Below, one piece after another: positions 1 to 8,336 of a stretch of 30,641 nucleotides of DNA. Position 1 is the first letter of the stretch. The number at the start of each line of letters is the position of its first letter. The notes below the pieces were generated by a model. That model was not told the origin of the DNA. It searched no databases and saw only the letters and a program-made list of their open reading frames with translations. The translations under genes were made by a program, and so were the position numbers. The DNA is from [Ruminococcus] torques (GTDB taxonomy: Bacteria > Bacillota > Clostridia > Christensenellales > UBA1242): NCBI GenBank assembly GCA_963613725.1, contig CAVEAP010000002.1:1-30641 (forward strand). The letters run 5' to 3'.

Positions 1-25
1 AAAAACCCACCTCAATTTTTACTCC

Positions 26-54
26 TTGACAAAATTGTGATTTTATGATATAAT
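26..54 (+). promoter_or_regulatory. SigA/sigma70 promoter of the cytidylate kinase gene
   Basis: Perfect TTGACA (26-31), 17-bp spacer, TATAAT (49-54), with TG at 46-47 forming an extended -10. Confidence 0.85.
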
Positions 55-146
55 AAAGTTATGTAAATGCTAAAATTGTGGTTGTCATGCTAAATTTAAT
101 TTTTCAAAAACTATGGCAAAAACTAATTTTTTAGGAAGGTGTTTTT

Positions 147-854
147 ATGATTATTTCAATGACCGGAAAACCATGTAGCGGAAAAAGTGCTACGATTGAA
201 AAACTTTCAAAAGACTATGGCTTTGATGTGTTTTATTCGGGGGCGCTTTTTCGTGAGGAAGCCAAAAAGCGTGGGCTAACCGTTTTGGAACTTAACCAAC
301 TTAATGATTTTAATGTAGATTATCTTTTGGACAAAAAAATTATTGAAGAAGGCATTAAAAGGCAAAACGACGAAGTGATTTTTGACAGCCGTCTTGCGTG
401 GGCTTTGCTTTCGGTTTTGAACATGAAAACATTTTTAGACATTAAATCCGACGTTCAAGCAAAACGCTTGATTGGTTCGGGCAGACAGGGCGATGAAAAC
501 TCTGATGTAAGTTTTGAGCAAGCAAAAAAAGATTTGCAAGCCCGTTGGGAAGCGGAAAACAACCGTTATGAAATTTTGTATGGAACAAGCAACAACAATG
601 ACAAAAGCGTGTATGACTTTGTTTTGGATACTTCAGATTTAAGCATTGAAGAAACTGCAAAAATGGTGCATGAAAAATATTGCACCTATGTTGACACAGG
701 AAAACAAAAACGCAAACAAGAAAGTATTGCAAACATTTGCGAAAGTGCACTTAAAGACACCACACAAACACAAAACCGAATTGCCGAAATTATTGAAAAT
801 GCTCTTAAACAAGAAAAATCAAAAAGCAAAACAGCAGAATTTGGACAAAACTAA
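147..854 (+). CDS. cmk: Cytidylate kinase, archaeal-type (COG1102-like) P-loop NMP kinase, with a ~50-aa C-terminal extension
   Basis: N-terminal IISMTGKPCSGKS Walker A, SGALFREEAKKRG, DSRLA, R..R lid, YDFVLDTSDLSIEE. AGGAAGG RBS at 133-139. Confidence 0.8.
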   Translation: MIISMTGKPCSGKSATIEKLSKDYGFDVFYSGALFREEAKKRGLTVLELNQLNDFNVDYLLDKKIIEEGIKRQNDEVIFDSRLAWALLSVLNMKTFLDIKSDVQAKRLIGSGRQGDENSDVSFEQAKKDLQARWEAENNRYEILYGTSNNNDKSVYDFVLDTSDLSIEETAKMVHEKYCTYVDTGKQKRKQESIANICESALKDTTQTQNRIAEIIENALKQEKSKSKTAEFGQN

Positions 855-874
855 AAAGCCGTTGAGCTTTTTTT
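853..874 (+). terminator. Possible weak intrinsic terminator after cmk
   Basis: AAAAAGC-cgttga-GCTTTTTTT directly at the stop codon. The stem is short. Confidence 0.35.
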
Positions 875-1068
875 GTTATAATCAAGAAGTTTGTTTGGCG
901 TTGATTTTAAATTTTTAAGTTGTTTGTGAGGGGACTGCATCTTTCTTTGAATTATAAAATCAATAGCAAAGCCATGGCAACAAAAATTGGACACCTTTGA
1001 TGTTTTGTTTGTTTTTGTTTGACTTTTTGTTGTTTTTATGGCAAAATTTCCACAAAGGAGAAAACAAA

Positions 1069-1710
1069 ATGAAAGATGGCGTTGAAATGATTTTTGGAAT
1101 TTTTAATATTTTGGGTTATTTTGACAAAAAAGCCGAAGGCTGGAGGCGTGGCGGTTATGTCTACAAAATTTTTGTGTTTTTGGGATTGATTTTGCTTGGA
1201 GCAATCACCTTGGGTTTTGTTGTTGGTGCTTTTGCATGTTTTAAGCATGTTAATGATGGATTTGTTCAGCTCATCTTTTTGCTTTTACTTGGAATTATTT
1301 GTGCACTTTGTGCTGTTTATTGTGTTTTTTACTTTTTTGTTGAAACAATATCGTTAATTACCATTATTTCCATTTTGATTCCATATCAAAGAAAATATCA
1401 AAAAGCACAAGCCGAAAGTTTTAAGATGCAAAAGAAAATGGAGGAAGCCTCAACAACTACCTCCACAACTAGCCAAGAGCAAAAATATCAATTTGATGCC
1501 AAAGACCAATATCAAAAAGAAAATCTTGATGAACTGAAACCTTTCAAAAAACCAAAACGCAAAAAATTTGGCGAGTGGTTAAACGAAACCTCCGACCAAC
1601 CTTATCTTAAAACAAAAACAGGTTTTGACATTGCAATTTTGGTTTTGACAAGTTTGCTAACATTGGGAGCAACCATCCTAACAATTTTTGCTTGCTCTTT
1701 GATTAACTAA
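1069..1710 (+). CDS. Hypothetical membrane protein (213 aa)
   Basis: Start moved to ATG 1069 because AAAGGAG RBS lies at 1054-1060. Two or three N-terminal hydrophobic segments, a charged loop, and a C-terminal hydrophobic helix. Confidence 0.75.
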   Translation: MKDGVEMIFGIFNILGYFDKKAEGWRRGGYVYKIFVFLGLILLGAITLGFVVGAFACFKHVNDGFVQLIFLLLLGIICALCAVYCVFYFFVETISLITIISILIPYQRKYQKAQAESFKMQKKMEEASTTTSTTSQEQKYQFDAKDQYQKENLDELKPFKKPKRKKFGEWLNETSDQPYLKTKTGFDIAILVLTSLLTLGATILTIFACSLIN

Positions 1711-1853
1711 AAAATTTGGTGTTTGTTAACTTTGGTTTTTACTTTTTTAGTAGTTACAAATTAAAATAAATTTGAAAAAATAAATTAAAAAAGTTTGAAA
1801 TTTTCATAAATACAAAAAAAGCCTAAGGCTAACACTTTTAAAACTAACAAAAC

Positions 1854-1896
1854 AAAAAAAAGGAACGGTGCAAATTTAATGCGCTGTTCCTTTTTT
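1854..1896. terminator. Bidirectional intrinsic terminator between convergent genes
   Basis: AAAAAAGGAACGGTGCA-loop-TGCGCTGTTCCTTTTTT hairpin with A- and T-tracts on either side. Confidence 0.8.
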
Positions 1897-1937
1897 GTTA
1901 ATTTCAAACATTACTAACTAAAATGGCTAAGACAGTG

Positions 1938-2639
1938 TTATTTTTGTGATTTTTTTGCTTTTGCTAAATTTTTGCTTTTTTGAGTTTGATTTTTTTGCTT
2001 TGCTTTTTGAGATGTTTTTGGCATTGTTTCATCAAAAGGTTCATCAAAAGAAGTTCGACTTGATTGGCTTAAAATTTTTTTCTTTTGAGCGGAAGAAAGT
2101 GCATTTACATCCAAAATTTCATCTTTGTCTGGAAAAAACAAAGTTTCAACAAATTTTGTTGTGGCAAGAAGCACACACATCAAAAACATTACAACAAAAA
2201 ACAAAATAAGTGGCACAAAAGCAAGTGCCAAAAAGAAACAACTTGCCAAAACAATTGCCACAACAACATAAAATCCCCCGCCAAATCTAAGCCAATTTTT
2301 TGCTTTTAAAAAACTAACTGGATTGGTGGTGCTTTTTTTTGTGTTCATTCCCCACACAAGAGCAACTGCCCCTGCGCCAAGGCCACAAATTCCACAAATA
2401 ATCACCGCACTAAAAAGTTTTAATGTGTCAATTCGGCTGTCAAAACCATTGTAACCAAAAAATTCAAAAAATGGTTGCCCCCAACTGTTATATCCCAAAA
2501 GGCAAATTATAAAAGCAAAACATATGGCAGAAATTGCAATAAAAACTCCGCCAAAAATTATTTCCATTGTGCTTGTTTTTTTTAACACTTTGTTCAATGT
2601 TTCACTAACGCCAAAGGCTTTGAAATCACTTTGTTTCAT
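1938..2639 (-). CDS. Hypothetical integral membrane protein (about 4 TM, Lys/Gln-rich tail), probably co-transcribed with the nucleoside phosphorylase
   Basis: 233-aa ORF, AAGGGGG RBS upstream, four hydrophobic segments, 16-bp gap to the upstream gene. Confidence 0.75.
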   Translation of the reverse strand: MKQSDFKAFGVSETLNKVLKKTSTMEIIFGGVFIAISAICFAFIICLLGYNSWGQPFFEFFGYNGFDSRIDTLKLFSAVIICGICGLGAGAVALVWGMNTKKSTTNPVSFLKAKNWLRFGGGFYVVVAIVLASCFFLALAFVPLILFFVVMFLMCVLLATTKFVETLFFPDKDEILDVNALSSAQKKKILSQSSRTSFDEPFDETMPKTSQKAKQKNQTQKSKNLAKAKKSQK

Positions 2640-2655
2640 TTTTCCCCCTTACAAT

Positions 2656-3486
2656 TTATTCCCCAAAAAATCTAAAAAATCCTTGTTTTTTTATTTTTGG
2701 TCTTTCTTTTTCTTCTTTTTGCATTCTTTTTAACTCTTTGTCCACATATGCTCCACAATCTAAAGCTTCTGTTCGTTTGGGAATGGTGTCCCCCCGAAAA
2801 GCTCGTTTGTCATATTCTTCCCCAGCAAGACTGTCGGCACCATACAAAATTTGAGCAAAATTAATTTTTCTGAATTCAGCAACCGAAGCAAGTGCCGAGG
2901 TTTCCATTTCAACCACAATTGCCCCTTGTTTTTTTCGCTTGTCAATTTTTTCAAAAGTTTCACGATAAAGCCCATCGGTTGTCCATGTTTTTCCAACCAC
3001 AAAAGGTTGATTTTGCTTTTCCAAACTTTCACACACAAGCCTAACCATGATTTCGTTTAAAACAATTTCATCTTTTGGTTTGATGTAGTGATAAGAAAGC
3101 CCCTCATCACGAATTGCACAATTTGGCACAACAAGGTCAGACACTTCAATGCTTTTGTCCAAACAGCCACAACAACCAACGGCAATAATGTTTTTTGCAC
3201 CAAGTGCAACAACTTCCTCAAAAAGACTTGCCGAAGCGGGTGCCCCAATTGGTGACTGAAACACTGCAAGGTTCCGATTTTTGTGCCTGACTTTGTAGAT
3301 TGGAAAAACCATTGCTTCATTTTCAAGCACAGCAATTTGAACCGCTTGATGTTTTTTTAAAAAAATTTTTAAAAGTTTTTTGGAAAAAAATGTTATTGCA
3401 GTATTTGGGAAATTTTCCAATTTTGTGTGAAATTCTGACGGACTAAATATTCCCTCTTGCTCACCATAATGTTCTTTTAACAGCAC
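2656..3486 (-). CDS. Nucleoside phosphorylase (PNP_UDP_1 family, uridine phosphorylase-like)
   Basis: Motifs IGAPASA, GCCGCL, AIRDEGLSYHY, TWTTDGLYRET, VVEMETSAL. Start reassigned to GTG 3486, downstream of the AGGAGGAGG RBS. Confidence 0.9.
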   Translation of the reverse strand: MLLKEHYGEQEGIFSPSEFHTKLENFPNTAITFFSKKLLKIFLKKHQAVQIAVLENEAMVFPIYKVRHKNRNLAVFQSPIGAPASASLFEEVVALGAKNIIAVGCCGCLDKSIEVSDLVVPNCAIRDEGLSYHYIKPKDEIVLNEIMVRLVCESLEKQNQPFVVGKTWTTDGLYRETFEKIDKRKKQGAIVVEMETSALASVAEFRKINFAQILYGADSLAGEEYDKRAFRGDTIPKRTEALDCGAYVDKELKRMQKEEKERPKIKKQGFFRFFGE

Positions 3487-3521
3487 AAAAAACCTCCTCC
3501 TAAATTTTTTTACTTTCTTTA

Positions 3522-3530
3522 AGTATAACA
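3522..3530 (-). promoter_or_regulatory. Extended -10 promoter for the nucleoside phosphorylase operon
   Basis: TG-T-TATACT on the minus strand. The -35 match is poor. Confidence 0.45.
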
Positions 3531-3608
3531 TATTTTTTTTTATTTTGCTTGATTTTTTTAAGGTTTTTTAAATTTTTTGCAAAATTTTTGTTTTTTTTGG
3601 CTAAAATG

Positions 3609-3637
3609 TTGCAAACTTGCGTAAATTATGCTATACT
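3609..3637 (+). promoter_or_regulatory. SigA promoter of the YccA-family gene
   Basis: TTGCAA, 17-bp spacer, TATACT with TG extended -10. AAGGAG RBS follows. Confidence 0.7.
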
Positions 3638-3661
3638 TAACAATATTTTAAGGAGATAGAA

Positions 3662-4468
3662 ATGGAAACAAAAAATTCAAAGTTTGGGCAACAAATGGTA
3701 AACCCTGTTTTAAAGTCTGCCCTAAAAAGCAATGATGTTTCGGAAAACTGCATAACCTACAAATCTGTTTTCCGCAAAACTGGTTTGTTTTTGCTTGTGG
3801 TTTTGGGTGGAATTGTTGTGGCAATGGCTCTTCACTTACTTTTAGCAGCAACAATTGCAAGTGATGATGGTGTTTTTACCGCCAATAGTGTTGAAGTGGC
3901 ACTTTTGGTTATTTGCACAATTCTTTCGTTTGTGATGCCAATTGTGGCAAGTTTTTCAAACCGTGCCGCAGGAGTTTGCGGAAGTTTTGCTTGCTTTGCC
4001 TATGGCTATATTTTGGGATTTTTGGCAGTTGCGTTCAAGGGTTATCAAGGTCCAATGCTTCTTGCGCTTGCAATCACAATTGCACTTGTGGCATCAATGC
4101 TGATTTTGTATCGCTTTAGAGTGATTAAAGTTACAAACAGATTTATGAGCATTGTGTGGGTTTTGTTTTTAACGATGTTTTTGGCATCATTTTTGCTTTT
4201 GATTTGTTACTTTATTCCTGGCCTTAGCGGTTTTGTAAGTTCAATTTGGAGCAACCCATGGCTTTCAATTGGTTTTGGAATTTTTGGAGTTGTTATTGGT
4301 TGTTTGTTTTTGCTTTGCGATTTTAGGTCAATTGAAGATGCAGTTGAATACAAACTTGACAAAAGCTATGAAAATCGCCTTGCTTTTGGGCTTGCATTTT
4401 CAGTAATTTGGCTTTACTTTAAGGTTTTGGAATTGATTTTACGCATCATGCAATTTACAAAAAACTAA
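3662..4468 (+). CDS. Bax inhibitor-1/YccA family membrane protein
   Basis: NPVL N-terminus, T..SV..KT, about 7 TM helices, YRFRVIKVTNRF, LLCDFRSIE, AFGLAFSVIWLYFKVLELI C-terminal signature. Confidence 0.85.
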   Translation: METKNSKFGQQMVNPVLKSALKSNDVSENCITYKSVFRKTGLFLLVVLGGIVVAMALHLLLAATIASDDGVFTANSVEVALLVICTILSFVMPIVASFSNRAAGVCGSFACFAYGYILGFLAVAFKGYQGPMLLALAITIALVASMLILYRFRVIKVTNRFMSIVWVLFLTMFLASFLLLICYFIPGLSGFVSSIWSNPWLSIGFGIFGVVIGCLFLLCDFRSIEDAVEYKLDKSYENRLAFGLAFSVIWLYFKVLELILRIMQFTKN

Positions 4469-4497
4469 AAAAGTGTGGATTTTTGCCACACTTTTTT
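4467..4497 (+). terminator. Intrinsic terminator
   Basis: AAAAAAGTGTGG-loop-CCACACTTTTTT. Confidence 0.8.
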
Positions 4498-4499
4498 AC

Positions 4500-4528
4500 T
4501 TTACAAAACATCAAAGATATGTTAAAAT
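4500..4528 (+). promoter_or_regulatory. SigA promoter of the NUDIX gene
   Basis: TTTACA, 17-bp spacer, TAAAAT with TG extended -10. AAGGAG RBS at 4542-4547. Confidence 0.6.
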
Positions 4529-4552
4529 AAAAAGCACATTTAAGGAGAATTT

Positions 4553-5005
4553 ATGGAAAGATATCGAGCAATCATCATAAAAGATGGACAAATTGCACTT
4601 ATGGAAAGGCACAAAAAAGGAAAACACTTTTTTGTTTTTCCCGGTGGCGGAAAAGAAAAAGGCGAAACACCAAAAGAGTGCTGTGAACGAGAGGTTCTTG
4701 AAGAATTTGGCATAAAAGTTGAAGCAAAAAACATGGTTTATCAAATTTTTCAAAATGGCACAAAGCAAGGATTTTTTGTTTGCGATTGGATTGAAGGGGA
4801 AATTCACAAAACCGATGCAGAAGAATACACCAAAAAAGATGTCAACATTTCTGGCACCTATGAGCCAGGACTTTTTGACCTTAAAATGCTTAAAAACATG
4901 CCAATCAAACCTCCCGAGGTTCGCAACGCCTTTTTAAAAGACCTTGAAAAGCACAAAAATTTTGAACTTTTGCCACTGAAAACTGTTAAAGTGGAAAATA
5001 TGTAA
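4553..5005 (+). CDS. NUDIX hydrolase
   Basis: Nudix box FPGGGKEKGETPKECCEREVLEEFG (GX5EX7REUXEEXG). Confidence 0.92.
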   Translation: MERYRAIIIKDGQIALMERHKKGKHFFVFPGGGKEKGETPKECCEREVLEEFGIKVEAKNMVYQIFQNGTKQGFFVCDWIEGEIHKTDAEEYTKKDVNISGTYEPGLFDLKMLKNMPIKPPEVRNAFLKDLEKHKNFELLPLKTVKVENM

Positions 5006-5043
5006 AAAATTACAAAAATTTAGTTTTTTAAAACTAAACAAAC

Positions 5044-5095
5044 AAAAAAAGAACACCAAAATTAACTCAATGGGTTAAAATTGTGTTCTTTTTTT
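5044..5095. terminator. Bidirectional intrinsic terminator
   Basis: AAAAAAAGAACAC...GTGTTCTTTTTTT with an inner TTAAC..GTTAA stem, between convergent genes. Confidence 0.75.
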
Positions 5096-5104
5096 AATTT
5101 TGAA

Positions 5105-6301
5105 TTAAAACTCACGAACAACTTTTGGAACAACTCCACACTTGTTGTGTGTTGGGTCAAAAAATGTTTTGATTTTTTGGCAAACTTGATCATAACCACG
5201 CTTTGCTTTGCTGTAAGTTAAGTTAATCTCTTCAAACTCTTTTTGGCACTCACTCAAAACTTTTTGAGTTTGCTCTAAAATGCTTTCCATATTTTCCCAA
5301 TCAGCTTTTTCAAGGTCCTTTTCAGTAAATGGTCGTCCTTGTTTTTCAAAAACATTTTTTGTTAGTTCTTCATTTCGGTGAGCAAAAAGTTTGCTTTCAA
5401 ATTCTTTTGCACCTTTTAAATCAACACGGTCTTTTTTCAAAGTGCCAAGTGCCTTGTTAAGCTCATCTTCAACTTCTCGTTTTAATTTAAAAACTTGTTT
5501 GTAGTTCTGCTCAAAGGTCATGTTAAAATGGTTTTCAAAAGAAGTTGTGTATTCATCAATTTTGTTGCAAACTTCGGCATTGTCATCACACTCTTTCAAA
5601 AGCGTGTCAAATTTGCGTCCCAAAGTTGTTGAATAAGCATCCATTGCATTAATGGCATTTTCCAAAATCTTTAGTTTTGAAACAAGTTCATCAATGTGAT
5701 TGTCTTTCATGTGACTGAAAATGCTGGTAACACGAACATCTGCTTCACCAGCAAGTTTAACGTCCTTTTTAATAACATCATAGGTTTGTTTGTCAATTTC
5801 TTTGTTTTTTCTCATTTCTTCAAGTTGCGTCAATTGTTCTTCAACTGAAAGATAGGTTTCCTTTACTTCTTGTGGATATTTGTCAAACTTTGTAACCGAA
5901 CTTTTGTGTGCTGATGCTTTTTGTCGCATAATAATGTTTTCAGCATCTTCACTCACAGCACAACAATATTTAAGAAGTCGTCCTTGAGAAATTGCTCGCA
6001 CACCATTTTTGCCTATGATGTTAGAGATAATACAAAGAGCTTCAGGAGTTGTTTTGCTTATGTTTGCCGTGTCAAAAATTGGCAAAAATGGAACAAGGTC
6101 TTTTTTGTTAACGTCCCCATTTTTAATTTGTTGTTTCATTTTCACAGTAAATTTGTAAAGATCTTCATCACTTATGCCATCAAGATATTCTTCCACTTTG
6201 TTTTGATCAGTTTCTGTGCTTATATTTTTAAGTGCTTCCATTATTTCAGCTCTTGTCCTTTTTTCTGTTGTTTCATCTGTTGAGGTGTTGTTCATACTCA
6301 T
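5105..6301 (-). CDS. Hypothetical soluble alpha-helical/coiled-coil protein (398 aa)
   Basis: Long Lys/Glu-rich ORF with heptad-like periodicity. Start set at ATG 6301, after the AAGGAG RBS (6311-6316). Confidence 0.8.
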   Translation of the reverse strand: MSMNNTSTDETTEKRTRAEIMEALKNISTETDQNKVEEYLDGISDEDLYKFTVKMKQQIKNGDVNKKDLVPFLPIFDTANISKTTPEALCIISNIIGKNGVRAISQGRLLKYCCAVSEDAENIIMRQKASAHKSSVTKFDKYPQEVKETYLSVEEQLTQLEEMRKNKEIDKQTYDVIKKDVKLAGEADVRVTSIFSHMKDNHIDELVSKLKILENAINAMDAYSTTLGRKFDTLLKECDDNAEVCNKIDEYTTSFENHFNMTFEQNYKQVFKLKREVEDELNKALGTLKKDRVDLKGAKEFESKLFAHRNEELTKNVFEKQGRPFTEKDLEKADWENMESILEQTQKVLSECQKEFEEINLTYSKAKRGYDQVCQKIKTFFDPTHNKCGVVPKVVREF

Positions 6302-6330
6302 AATTATTTTCTCCTTTTCATCCAAAAATA

Positions 6331-6359
6331 ATTATACCACAGAACGCCATTTCTTTCAA
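6331..6359 (-). promoter_or_regulatory. SigA promoter of the coiled-coil gene
   Basis: Minus strand TTGAAA, 17-bp spacer, TATAAT with TG extended -10. Confidence 0.75.
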
Positions 6360-6449
6360 TACCCTTTTTGAAAATTTTTGAGTTTTTTGAGGAAAAGTGG
6401 ATAACTTTTTTGTTTTGGTGTTTAATTCAAACCAAAAACAATCAAGCAA

Positions 6450-6492
6450 AACAAAAAAAGCACATCCCAATCAATGGACACGCTTTTTTGTT
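6450..6492 (-). terminator. Intrinsic terminator after cvpA
   Basis: Minus strand AAAAAAGCGTGTCC-loop-GGATGTGCTTTTTTT. The G-U pairs form only on the minus strand. Confidence 0.65.
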
Positions 6493-6505
6493 AAAACCCA
6501 AAATT

Positions 6506-7177
6506 TTAGCGAAGCAAAAATGGGAAAATCCAATTTTGCAAAATGTGATTTGAAATTTTGTAAAGCCAACCAGCAAAGCCGTTTGAAGCAAACATGTTGT
6601 CCAGCCAACCAGCAATTGGAGTGATGACTCCGCCAATCGCAAACAAAATCCAACTTGCCACAAGAATCACAAAAAATCCTTTTAAAATTCCCAGCAAAAT
6701 TCCAAAAATTCTGTCCAAAATGCGGTGCGATTTTTTTATGCTTAGTTTTTTGGTAAATTTCAAAATTAGCCAAAGCACAAGTTTGATAAGGAAAAACACC
6801 ACAATCATACAAATTATGGAAATCAAAATTTTGGACACACTGCCCGAAAAGGCAGTGGCAAGTTCTTCGGCACTCGGCTCGCTTTGCAAATAAGTTTTTC
6901 CCAAAAATGCCACAAGCAAGGTGTAAATCCAGCCAGTATGCCAATCGGTTGCCTGAAAATAATTTGCAAAACTTGGCTGTAAACTTGAAGCCAAACTACT
7001 TGAAACATGAAACCACGATTCCAAAAGGTTTGCAATTGGTTTTGAAATCAAAATTGCAAGCACAATCACCACAATGCTTGAAAACAGTGACAAAAAATTA
7101 CGCCAAAACCCCTTGAAAAAGCCAGACAGCGCAAACATAATTAACACAGCACTTGCCAAAATATCAAGCCATGGCAT
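6506..7177 (-). CDS. cvpA: CvpA (colicin V production) family membrane protein
   Basis: WLDIL...ALSGFFKGFWR N-terminus and LDRIFGILLGILKG signature. GAGGAGG RBS precedes ATG 7177. Confidence 0.85.
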   Translation of the reverse strand: MPWLDILASAVLIMFALSGFFKGFWRNFLSLFSSIVVIVLAILISKPIANLLESWFHVSSSLASSLQPSFANYFQATDWHTGWIYTLLVAFLGKTYLQSEPSAEELATAFSGSVSKILISIICMIVVFFLIKLVLWLILKFTKKLSIKKSHRILDRIFGILLGILKGFFVILVASWILFAIGGVITPIAGWLDNMFASNGFAGWLYKISNHILQNWIFPFLLR

Positions 7178-7197
7178 AATTTCATCCTCCTCTAAAA

Positions 7198-7226
7198 ATT
7201 TTAACATAATTTGGTTGTTTTAGCAA
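7198..7226 (-). promoter_or_regulatory. SigA promoter of cvpA
   Basis: Minus strand TTGCTA, 17-bp spacer, TAAAAT with TG extended -10. Confidence 0.55.
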
Positions 7227-7293
7227 CTTTTTTTGAAAAAAATGAATAAATTTTTGAGTTTTTGCAAAAATTCAGTCAAAAAAAGGAGTTTTT

Positions 7294-7788
7294 ATGGAAA
7301 AATCTTTCAGCGTTTTTGCAAGTTCTTGCCAAGATTTGCTTGCCACTTTTTTGAGTGCGTTCAAAAGTCCGCCCGTTGTGATGTGTGTTGGCGAGCCAAA
7401 GTTCAGCCAAGATTTGCTTGGACCACTTGTTGGCACAATGCTGAAAAAGTTTGGTTACAAAAATTATGTTTATGGAACATTAGACTGCCCCATTAACGCA
7501 AACAATTTTGAACTTGCCCAAAGTTTTGTGAAAAAAATGCACCAAGGTCAAGCCGTTTTGATGATTGACGCCAGCACAAGTTCACAGCCTAAAAGGCTTG
7601 GGCAAATTGTGCTAAAACAAAACTATGTGCCATTTAACCCCATTCTCAAAAAAGTTAAACCCACTGCCGATTGGTTTTTGTTTGGGGTGTGTTCGGTGGC
7701 TTCGGTTTTTCCGCAAATGTTTTATGCAAAAACTTTGCTCACAAAAAAACTTGCGAGCGTTATTGCAAAAAGTTTGAGTTTGATGTGA
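7294..7788 (+). CDS. yyaC: Divergent YyaC-like (DUF1256) putative spore protease
   Basis: VVMCVG....QDLLGPLVGTML, VYGTLDCPINANN, MIDAS, LGQI and C-terminal KLASVIAKSL match the YyaC pattern. AAGGAG RBS. Confidence 0.75.
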   Translation: MEKSFSVFASSCQDLLATFLSAFKSPPVVMCVGEPKFSQDLLGPLVGTMLKKFGYKNYVYGTLDCPINANNFELAQSFVKKMHQGQAVLMIDASTSSQPKRLGQIVLKQNYVPFNPILKKVKPTADWFLFGVCSVASVFPQMFYAKTLLTKKLASVIAKSLSLM

Positions 7789-7791
7789 GGG

Positions 7792-7996
7792 CTTGCGGTT
7801 GTCAGGGACACTGGCGTGTCCAGATACGCTCCACTCACTTGCGTTCGGTCGGTATGACAATAACTTTGTGTTTCTCACGGGCTTTGGTGATAAGGTAGAG
7901 TTAGAAAGCAAACTTGCGGTTGTCAGGGACACTGGCGTGTCCAGATACGCTCCACTCCCTACGGTCGGTCGGTATGACAATAACTTTGTGTTTCTC
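7792..7996 (+). repeat. Direct repeat of ~85 bp, two copies (7792-7876 and 7913-7996), each containing a REP-like palindromic unit
   Basis: CTTGCGGTTGTCAGGGACACTGGCGTGTCCAGATACGCTCCACTC...TCGGTCGGTATGACAATAACTTTGTGTTTCTC is identical apart from a short variable loop. Confidence 0.95.
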
Positions 7997-8084
7997 TCTG
8001 AGTTATTTTATAAGGTGTTATTCAAACATGGTTTAGCGAGGCTTAATGTGTCGATTGATTGCTTTCTCAAACGGGGTGATTAAC

Positions 8085-8164
8085 GAGATCCTTCACAGGA
8101 GGGCTACGAAGATAGGTTCAGGATGACATGGGGTGGAGTTTTCGTAGATAGGTTCAGGATGACA
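8085..8164 (+). repeat. Second REP-like element type (GAGATCCTTC...CAGGATGACA) with a duplicated 19-bp end
   Basis: AGATAGGTTCAGGATGACA at 8110-8128 and 8146-8164. GAGATCCTTC at 8085. Confidence 0.8.
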
Positions 8165-8187
8165 CCCTAGTTGATGTTGATAACCCA

Positions 8188-8242
8188 TTGTCATACCGAA
8201 GCGAACAAAGTGAGTCGAGCGTATCTAGGGCATTTATGCCCT
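8188..8242 (-). repeat. Inverted third copy of the REP-like unit
   Basis: Reverse complement of 8189-8226 is AGATACGCTCGACTCACTTTGTTCGCTTCGGTATGACA, against copy 1 AGATACGCTCCACTCACTTGCGTTCGGTCGGTATGACA. Flanked by hairpin AGGGCAT-tt-ATGCCCT. Confidence 0.85.
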
Positions 8243-8297
8243 TGGAGTGCTTTTTTTGAGGTGAAAACCAAAAAACAGGCATGGGCAACTAGTGAAA

Positions 8298-8336
8298 CAA
8301 AAAAGAACACTAAAAATCAAATAGTGTCCTTTTTTG
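8298..8336 (-). terminator. Intrinsic terminator, probably ending the giant-gene transcript (possibly bidirectional)
   Basis: Minus strand CAAAAAAGGACACTA-loop-TAGTGTTCTTTTTTG. Confidence 0.7.

Noticed and set aside
6396..6404. DnaA-box-like AGTGGATAA
   Set aside because: A single copy with a mismatch, no box cluster, and no dnaA/parAB context.
997..7207. Longer ORF-track starts at 997, 3531, 6325 and 7207
   Set aside because: The extensions overlap promoter or RBS sequences. Downstream starts at 1069, 3486, 6301 and 7177 have well-spaced Shine-Dalgarno motifs.
7793..8083. 96-aa ORF (and the overlapping 7612..7980 minus-strand and 8171..8362 ORFs)
   Set aside because: 7793..8083 simply translates the DNA repeats (GRYDNNFVFL occurs twice). 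None has a convincing RBS or protein family resemblance.
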